This document shows, piece after piece, positions 42,734-48,418 of a stretch of 48,418 nucleotides of DNA. How positions within the stretch are numbered: position 1 is the first letter of the stretch; the number at the start of each line of letters is the position of its first letter. The notes below the pieces were generated by a model. That model was not told the origin of the DNA. It searched no databases and saw only the letters and a program-made list of their open reading frames with translations. The stretch is from a virus. Lineage: Duplodnaviria; Caudoviricetes. Where the stretch lies: IMG/VR virus record IMGVR_UViG_3300043579_000246, positions 1 to 48,418 of that record; one strand, 5' to 3'. A program made the position numbers and the translations under genes.

Positions 42734-43683
42734 CGGATCGTGCGGAGTTCGCGATTCCGGAACGTCTTGACGATGTTGTCGCCAATGACGGGCACAGCTG
42801 TCAGTTTCAGGTCGACGTTAACCGCTGGCGCAAAGACCGCGGCTGGATACGTGACCTCGCCTTGATAGATCAGATCCTTCGCGCCCATCCGTGTTGTCAG
42901 TGTCGTCAGGCGGAGTGTATTTGTGAGTGGCGGCACCACGGCGCCGTTGCGCTGGAGAACAATCCTTTGAATGCTAGGCGCGTCGATCTGTTTTGGCGCG
43001 ACGGTCACGGTGACCGTCTGGTCCCAAACGATCCCGGCGGTCGTTGTGAACTGACGAATCCTCTCTGCGAAGGCCAGTTCGAACTTCGCGATCGGACCCA
43101 GTATGCCGATGACGAGCTCCGATGAGTTGTGGAGAAAAAACGGCCCTTCGAAATCGCTGGGGCCGTTCCCGCTATAGTCGGCGACAGGCATCAGGTCGCG
43201 AATCTTTCGACGGAACATGGTCCGGAAGGCGTCGGGATCATTCTTCGCTGCGGCTTCCACATCCGCCGCCATTCGGCGGGCTTGAGCCTCCGAAATTGGA
43301 ACGAGCGGCGCCGCGAGCGCGGCATCGGTTCGCTTGTCGTCTTCAGCCTTCAGTCGGGCCGCCGCTGCGCGGTCACGCTCTCTGAGTTCACCGAGATGGT
43401 CCAGGCCCCACGACACCTGCGGGTCCTTGTTAGGAAGGCACTCTGGGCAGGGCCCTAGACGCTGATCGATGGCTTCAACAAGCGAGATGGCGCGAAAGCC
43501 GGTAATCCGATTTGGGCAGCTGGCGAGGTGATACATGATGCCGGTCGTGGCGTTCAGGCGATAGACAGTCGGTGTCGCCCGCAGTGCCTGCGTCGACAAG
43601 CTGACGGTGGCTGCTAGCAGCACGCAGGGCGGCAGAAGGGGCCGCACTATGCTCAGGAAGGTTACTGTTGCCCTTGGCTTCAT
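42730..43683 (-). CDS. Exported protein with Ada-like metal-binding motif
   Basis: Signal peptide (...LLAATVSLSTQA); YHLASC...ISLVEA...GPCPECLP. Confidence 0.65.
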   Translation of the reverse strand: MKPRATVTFLSIVRPLLPPCVLLAATVSLSTQALRATPTVYRLNATTGIMYHLASCPNRITGFRAISLVEAIDQRLGPCPECLPNKDPQVSWGLDHLGELRERDRAAAARLKAEDDKRTDAALAAPLVPISEAQARRMAADVEAAAKNDPDAFRTMFRRKIRDLMPVADYSGNGPSDFEGPFFLHNSSELVIGILGPIAKFELAFAERIRQFTTTAGIVWDQTVTVTVAPKQIDAPSIQRIVLQRNGAVVPPLTNTLRLTTLTTRMGAKDLIYQGEVTYPAAVFAPAVNVDLKLTAVPVIGDNIVKTFRNRELRTIR

Positions 43684-43997
43684 GACGCCGCCTTTGGACT
43701 AACTGGCGTGAAGTATTCGTGCCCGCAGTTGGGGCAGTTCTTCGGCCCTCGCGTCGAGACGCTGCCGCACGCGAGACACCGGATCTGGTGCGCGCTGACA
43801 CTTACCTGGTTTACTGCGGTCGCGTGTTCTCTGGCCGCCGACGCGTGCGATTCGGCCTGAGCGATCCGAGCAACGATTGCTGACAGGCAAGCGAGCCCCG
43901 CCAACGTGGGTCCGAGGGTCGCTTGCGAAGTGAAGACCAGTCCGGCGAGTCCGAGTACCAGTGCGCCAAATAGAAACGCCGCCATCAAGAATGCCAC
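43680..43997 (-). CDS. Membrane protein (2 TM) with C-terminal zinc ribbon
   Basis: Two hydrophobic segments; CLACG...CPNCG. Confidence 0.65.
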   Translation of the reverse strand: MAFLMAAFLFGALVLGLAGLVFTSQATLGPTLAGLACLSAIVARIAQAESHASAAREHATAVNQVSVSAHQIRCLACGSVSTRGPKNCPNCGHEYFTPVSPKAAS

Positions 43998-44024
43998 TGG
44001 TGCGCCCTCTCTTTCAGCCTTGAT

Positions 44025-44729
44025 TTACATTCGCGCGACGCTGTGTCGGATCACGTGCACGGCGTGCACTTCTTCGTTCGAGACGTCGCGCGGCGGGTAC
44101 GCGTCGTTCATCGATCGCAGAACCCAGCCCGCCGGCGTTCGGAAGACCCGCTTCACCAGGCGCTCGCCGTTGACGAGTTGCACGCACGCGAAGTCGCCAT
44201 CCTTTGGTTGAATCCGCGGCTGAGCGATCACAATCTCGCCGGGAAAGTAGCGCGGAACCATCGAATCACCGCGCACGCGAAGGGCGTACGCGTGCGGGTC
44301 GCCGTCGCTGAATGCCCGCGAGACCCACTCTTCAATCTGCGCTCGCACAAGTCCCACGTTGTCCCACGCGATGATGCCGTTCGTTGAGGCCTCGGCGTCA
44401 CCGACCACCGGGACGTCGTGTTTCTTGTAGCCGCGGCTGATGTCGCGATCGAACGACTCGACCTCGGACTGTGGATGTTCTCCCGTACTGGTGTGACGAG
44501 CCTGGTCACGCTGACCTTCCTCGAGGGCTTCGTCGACCTTCCGTACCGTGTCCATCCGGACGTTCTTGCCGGTTTCCAATCTGACGATTGTCTCGACGTT
44601 CACTCTGGCCTTCTCGGCAAGGTCCGCCTGAGTCCAGCGCAGCCGCTTTCGCCGCTCTCGGAAGGTGTTAGTCGGCACTTCCGGCGGATCTTGGCACTCG
44701 GATAAAGCCGAAGCAAGCCCGTAAGTCAT
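44025..44729 (-). CDS. cI: CI-like repressor (XRE HTH + S24 autopeptidase); start may be GTG 44678
   Basis: RERRKRLRWTQADLAEKARV..ETI.RLE.G; YALRVRGDSM.P...G; VKR. Confidence 0.95.
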   Translation of the reverse strand: MTYGLASALSECQDPPEVPTNTFRERRKRLRWTQADLAEKARVNVETIVRLETGKNVRMDTVRKVDEALEEGQRDQARHTSTGEHPQSEVESFDRDISRGYKKHDVPVVGDAEASTNGIIAWDNVGLVRAQIEEWVSRAFSDGDPHAYALRVRGDSMVPRYFPGEIVIAQPRIQPKDGDFACVQLVNGERLVKRVFRTPAGWVLRSMNDAYPPRDVSNEEVHAVHVIRHSVARM

Positions 44730-44806
44730 TGCGGGTTAGTGCCTTCCTAGCTTTCGGAAATGGCCGATATTTTTCGGTTGACTCCGTTACGGATATGTCC
44801 GAGTAT
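44698..44806. promoter_or_regulatory. Immunity region: four 14-bp operators and a rightward promoter
   Basis: TCGGATAAAGCCGA (44698), TCGGAAATGGCCGA (44754), TCGGTTGACTCCGT (44774), ACGGATATGTCCGA (44789); TTGACT-N17-GAGTAT. Confidence 0.75.
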
Positions 44807-44822
44807 TACGTCCAGAAACGAG

Positions 44823-45047
44823 ATGACACTTGAGGACGCACGAAAGCTCGTCGGACTTACCCAATCGGAGCTCGAGCGCCGCGCCGGCCTGCCGAGCGGA
44901 ACCATCCATGACCTGGAGTCCGGCCGAATCGAGAACCCTTCCTGGGATCGCGTCGTGCGGATCGTGCGCGCGCTGCGGCGATCGGGCCTGAAGAACATCG
45001 ACGGCGAGCAGATCTTCCCGGTGCCGGCTGCCAAGGAGGCCTCCTAG
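44823..45047 (+). CDS. cro: Cro-like XRE regulator
   Basis: Divergent from cI; LEDARKLVGLTQSELERRAGL..GTI.DLESGR..NPS. Confidence 0.85.
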   Translation: MTLEDARKLVGLTQSELERRAGLPSGTIHDLESGRIENPSWDRVVRIVRALRRSGLKNIDGEQIFPVPAAKEAS

Positions 45048-45049
45048 TC

Positions 45050-45502
45050 ATGGCCGCGCCGTCGCTCCGCCGCCGCGCCACCGACATCGTGCCTGATCGT
45101 GCCGTGCGACCGCCTGCGGAATCGCTTCGCACGGTTTCGCAGCCGGCGGGGGAGATTCCGGCGGCGCTGGCCAACCTTCGCGCCGGTTCGCACGTGGTGC
45201 GAATCGATGCGAAACAAACCTTCCTCGCGGTCATCCATGAGGTGCGTGCGCGGCTCGGTCTGACGGTCGAGGTGATGGCGATCAATGCGGAGTGCCCGCT
45301 GTCGTCGATGTCCGATGCGCTGGCCGGCAAGGACGGTCGCAACTTCGCCGCGCACTGGCTGCTCGCGCAGGGCGATGAGTTCCTCGCGCTCTTCCTGCGG
45401 CTCGTCGACGAGCGCCGCGGCCTGACACCGGAGTCGAAGCGTGTCAACGCCGCGCGACGGATTTCGGAGATCGTGCGCGTCGCGCTTGAGGAGCTCGCAT
45501 GA
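45050..45502 (+). CDS. CII-like HTH protein
   Basis: Position after cro; LTVEVMAINAEC.LSSMSDAL.G HTH-like segment. Confidence 0.5.
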   Translation: MAAPSLRRRATDIVPDRAVRPPAESLRTVSQPAGEIPAALANLRAGSHVVRIDAKQTFLAVIHEVRARLGLTVEVMAINAECPLSSMSDALAGKDGRNFAAHWLLAQGDEFLALFLRLVDERRGLTPESKRVNAARRISEIVRVALEELA

Positions 45503-45744
45503 ACGACGTCGCCTCCGTCTCGCTCGTGTCCGCCGTCGACGTGGTGATCGCGCGCGCGATTCATGCGCTCGGTCCGGATCTCAGTGGCGGGTCCGTCACG
45601 GACCTCTGCGCCGATCAGATCGCCGGGCCGTCGCTCTCGACACTGCAGGCGGCCATCGCGTTGTCGGTCCATTTCAAGACGCTCTCGCCGCGCGTCCAGA
45701 CCGGCTTCCAGGATGCGCGGCACCGATCGGCGGTGCGGTTATGA
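45499..45744 (+). CDS. Hypothetical protein
   Basis: GAGGAG RBS; ATGA overlaps. Confidence 0.55.
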   Translation: MNDVASVSLVSAVDVVIARAIHALGPDLSGGSVTDLCADQIAGPSLSTLQAAIALSVHFKTLSPRVQTGFQDARHRSAVRL

Positions 45745-46040
45745 ACTCCGACGTCACGCCTTCCGGGAATCCGGGAACCCGTGAATCCGGCATGTCGGTC
45801 GCGGCCGTCGGTGAGCGCGTGCCGGCGGTCTGCACGATCGCCGACGTCTGCCGGCACCTGAACGTGAGCCGCAAGACCGTCGAGCGGCGGCTCGCCGACC
45901 GGACGCTGCCGATCGTCGAGCTCGACCGGATCGGCCGTCTGCGGCGCTTCACCGGCGAGAGCGTGCAGGCGGCGAAGACGCGCACCCGGTGGGCGCGGCC
46001 GACGGACAGATCGGGCAGCCAGATCGTGAGGGTCAAGTGA
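45741..46040 (+). CDS. Excisionase-like (MerR/HTH_17) DNA-binding protein
   Basis: TIADVCRHLNVSRKTVERRL....LP.....IGRLRRF. Confidence 0.75.
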   Translation: MNSDVTPSGNPGTRESGMSVAAVGERVPAVCTIADVCRHLNVSRKTVERRLADRTLPIVELDRIGRLRRFTGESVQAAKTRTRWARPTDRSGSQIVRVK

Positions 46041-46282
46041 TTGGCGACTACCACGTGCTGATGACGCCGCAGTTCCTGCAGGAGCTACTGGCGGTGAACG
46101 CCGCCCGGAACGCGGCCGGGCCCTTTGTGCTCGCCCTGGCGTTCGACGGTGACCGCGGGGTGGCGATCTGCGAGCTGCAGTCGGTGAGCCGCGTTGTGAA
46201 GAACGCCCGCTTCGAGCAGCGCCGCGGCGAGGCGGCATGGGTGGCGGTCTCGGACGCGCCGCCGTCGCTGGTGCGGTCATGA
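46037..46282 (+). CDS. Hypothetical protein
   Basis: GTGA/ATGA coupling. Confidence 0.5.
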   Translation: MIGDYHVLMTPQFLQELLAVNAARNAAGPFVLALAFDGDRGVAICELQSVSRVVKNARFEQRRGEAAWVAVSDAPPSLVRS

Positions 46283-46434
46283 GAAATCCCGATCTCTGGC
46301 CGACCTGGGTGCAGCTGATCATCGTCGGGGTCGGGTTCATCATCCTCGCGCTGCTGCCGCGGCTGTCCCGCGCGGCGGTCCGGATCTGGCGCGCACTGAT
46401 CACTCGTCGAGGACGTCGAGGAGACCGCCGATGA
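46279..46434 (+). CDS. Small membrane protein
   Basis: One TM (WVQLIIVGVGFIILALL) and a basic tail. Confidence 0.55.
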   Translation: MRNPDLWPTWVQLIIVGVGFIILALLPRLSRAAVRIWRALITRRGRRGDRR

Positions 46435-47054
46435 CCCGCCGATCCCTGACCCACGCCGGCGGCCATCGCGTCGTGCCGCTCTCGCCGTCGGCCGTCGCTG
46501 CCCGCGTCGCGATCCGGATCGCCGACTACCTGGCCGAGCTCGACCTGTCGTTCTCCGCCTTCACGCCCCTCGTCGAGCAACTGCCGCACGTGTCCGGCTC
46601 GATCGCGCTCGAGCAGCGACGCGTGCGCATCTGCCTCGACTGGGCCCGCGCGGTCGTGATGCCGGCGGCCTCGAGCCATCTGACTGCATCCCTCGCGGAG
46701 TCGAGTCCCTTGGCCCTGATCAAAGCCGGGCGGGCGGTGCGCCGCGAGCTCGCCGTCGGCGCGCACGTGGCGGGCCTGGCCTGCGACCCGTCGTCCTTCG
46801 ACTTGGCGGCCGGCTACGTCTGGACCGCGGTCCTCGCGACCTACACGCTCGGCTACACGCAACCGCTGCAGTCGGAGGCCGCACCCGTGCTGCGGTCCGG
46901 CCACGAACTGCTCGCGCGCCTCATCGCCGTCGCGTCGCCGCCGGTGGACGCCGACGACTTCCAGCCGTGGACCCCGGTGGTGCCGTCGAACGGCACGCCC
47001 GCGTCCGTCGGGCTCGAGCTCTTTGAATTTGTCGCCACCGGGAGGCCTTCATGA
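46431..47054 (+). CDS. Hypothetical protein
   Basis: GAGGAG RBS; ATGA overlaps. Confidence 0.6.
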   Translation: MTRRSLTHAGGHRVVPLSPSAVAARVAIRIADYLAELDLSFSAFTPLVEQLPHVSGSIALEQRRVRICLDWARAVVMPAASSHLTASLAESSPLALIKAGRAVRRELAVGAHVAGLACDPSSFDLAAGYVWTAVLATYTLGYTQPLQSEAAPVLRSGHELLARLIAVASPPVDADDFQPWTPVVPSNGTPASVGLELFEFVATGRPS

Positions 47055-47218
47055 CGCCCACGCTGCTCGCGACCCAGCAGTCGCTCACGCTGGTGGATCT
47101 CGCCGGCGCCGGCATGGTCCTCGCGACCTTCACCGCGGGCCTGGTCGTCATCGGTGGACTGCTCGAGCTCGCCGGCGTCGACGTTCAGAATCGGATCCTG
47201 CGGGCGGTGTTCCGATGA
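47051..47218 (+). CDS. Small membrane protein (55 aa)
   Basis: GGAGG RBS; hydrophobic LAGAGMVLATFTAGLVVIGGLL; ATGA overlaps. Confidence 0.55.
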   Translation: MTPTLLATQQSLTLVDLAGAGMVLATFTAGLVVIGGLLELAGVDVQNRILRAVFR

Positions 47219-47796
47219 ACCACGTCCTGCCGTTCGAACGCCGCCTGTCGACGGCGCCGTCGTCTCCGTCCGCGCCCGCATGTGCCGCCGCCTCCATGTT
47301 GCCGGCTGACGGACGGGTGTCCTCGTCAGCCGATCTCCCAGGCGTCGCGCCGGGTGCTCCTGCTGCCCCCAGCCCGGTGGAGACGCGTCCAGCCGTCTCC
47401 ACCGGGAACACGTCGGCGGCGCCAGCCCCCGCGCCGAGCATCAACGGGCGTTGGTCGCCGAGTCCCATGGCGGAGCTGCAGCTGGCGGAGAAGGCCCAGG
47501 CGATCGCGGTGCTGCTCTATGAGAGCCGTCTTCTGCAGACGTCGAACGACCCGGCCGTGCTCGCGTTGCCATTCAGCGCGTTGCCCGTGCGGCTACAGAC
47601 GATCTATCGCGAAGCCGCGGAGATTGCGATCCGCCGCATGGTCGACTGGATTCACGCCGGCGCGCTCACCAACGCGTGCCGCCTTGCCCCGGGTTTTGTC
47701 TCAGCCCTCGAGCTGTACCACCGCACGTTGATGTTGCCGGCGGGCCCGGTGGCCTCCGCCGTGCCGCCGCCACCCACTCAGGAGTCCCGCGTATGA
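47215..47796 (+). CDS. Hypothetical protein (Pro/Ala/Ser-rich N-terminus)
   Basis: ATGA overlaps at both ends. Confidence 0.55.
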   Translation: MNHVLPFERRLSTAPSSPSAPACAAASMLPADGRVSSSADLPGVAPGAPAAPSPVETRPAVSTGNTSAAPAPAPSINGRWSPSPMAELQLAEKAQAIAVLLYESRLLQTSNDPAVLALPFSALPVRLQTIYREAAEIAIRRMVDWIHAGALTNACRLAPGFVSALELYHRTLMLPAGPVASAVPPPPTQESRV

Positions 47797-48418
47797 CCAC
47801 GCCCGCGACCTCGTCATCCACTGCGCCGGCTGGCGCCTTCATGAACGCGCGGTATCCCAAAGCCGCACTCGTCGCGCAGCTCGAGGCGCACGCGGCCGCC
47901 GATGAAATCATCCAGGGCAAATACTGGGAGAACGGCAAAGGCTGCCTGGTCGGGTGTGCCGTCCACGGCAACGACCATCAGCTCTTCCAGACCTACTGGA
48001 ACATCCCGCGCAAGTTGGCCTATCTCATGGATCGGTTGTTCGAGCGGTTGCCGAACGCCGAGGCGAAGGCGTTCCCGCTCGACGTGATCGGCGCCATTAC
48101 GATCGGGGCGGATCTGTCGCGCGCGAGCGACCGCTTCATGCTCTGGGTCTTGAGCGATGCCGAGTTTGGCGCGCTCGCTGCGGCGAAGCGCCCTGACGTG
48201 CGCGCCGCGATTGAAACGGTCATCGCGCTCTACACGCGCGCGGTGGCCGGCGACGACCCCTCGATCGAGGAGTGGCGGCGTGCGGCGTCGGCGGCAAGAC
48301 CCGCCGCCGCCGCCGCCTACGCCGCCGCCGACGCCTACGCCGCCGCCGCCGCCGACGCCGCCGCCGCCGCCGCCGCCTACGCCGACGCCTACGCCGCCGC
48401 CGACGCCGCCGCCGCCTA
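47793..48418 (+). CDS. Phage protein with Ala/Asp/Tyr low-complexity tract (3' truncated)
   Basis: AGGAG RBS; H..ADEIIQG.YW..GKGC.VGC; ends AAAAAYAAADAYAAAAADAAA. Confidence 0.75.
   Translation, partial: MTTPATSSSTAPAGAFMNARYPKAALVAQLEAHAAADEIIQGKYWENGKGCLVGCAVHGNDHQLFQTYWNIPRKLAYLMDRLFERLPNAEAKAFPLDVIGAITIGADLSRASDRFMLWVLSDAEFGALAAAKRPDVRAAIETVIALYTRAVAGDDPSIEEWRRAASAARPAAAAAYAAADAYAAAAADAAAAAAAYADAYAAADAAAA
48302..48418 (+). repeat. GCC/GAC/TAC trinucleotide low-complexity tract
   Basis: Read directly from the sequence; runs off the window end. Confidence 0.9.

Larger units (their letters stand above)
1..48418. mobile_element. Temperate lambda-like siphovirus genome, near-complete and circularly permuted (attP intact)
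   Basis: Terminase, portal, protease, capsid, tail, tape measure, lysis, integrase and cI/cro modules are all present; no host housekeeping genes; a tRNA-derived att core has phage genes on both sides. Confidence 0.96.

Noticed and set aside
1-48418. Complete circular genome or terminal repeats
   Set aside because: The two ends lie in different truncated genes and share no overlap; a segment of the early region is missing

Overview
The whole window is one high-GC temperate siphovirus genome with a lambda-like head module. It is circularly permuted and not quite complete: it starts inside a replication-type gene and ends inside an Ala/Asp/Tyr low-complexity gene. An intact attP (the 3' half of tRNA-Asp(GUC), with arm-type repeats and phage genes on both sides) indicates the excised or circular form. 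Gene order is: early/replication genes (Rep-like, HTH, ParB-like, Cys-rich radical-SAM-like, VRR-NUC, ASCH); a candidate cos site; a glycosylation cluster coupled to the terminase genes; portal, HNH, Clp protease, decoration protein and major capsid; tail genes with a -1 frameshift chaperone, tape measure, LamG hub and a signal-peptide-bearing fibre-like protein; an unusual lysis region; a second fibre/structural block; two toxin-antitoxin-like pairs flanking attP; tyrosine integrase; and a cI/cro switch with four operators. The best candidate for an undescribed system is the lysis region. A single-pass membrane protein fused to a PAS sensor domain is translationally coupled to a Mu Com-like zinc-finger gene. 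Next comes a structured leader (two identical 17-nt hairpin repeats, an alternative long stem, and a stem enclosing the endolysin SD/ATG), then a GH108 endolysin and holin-like genes. This suggests sensor- and RNA-switch-controlled lysis. Other highlights are a probable virion-glycosylation pathway (four GT domains, two methyltransferase domains, one PIG-L deacetylase domain), a (GACC)11 tract that appears to switch a DNA-binding gene out of frame, and a sigma54-like promoter ahead of a hicBA-like pair. All family calls come from motif recognition by eye; no database search was run.
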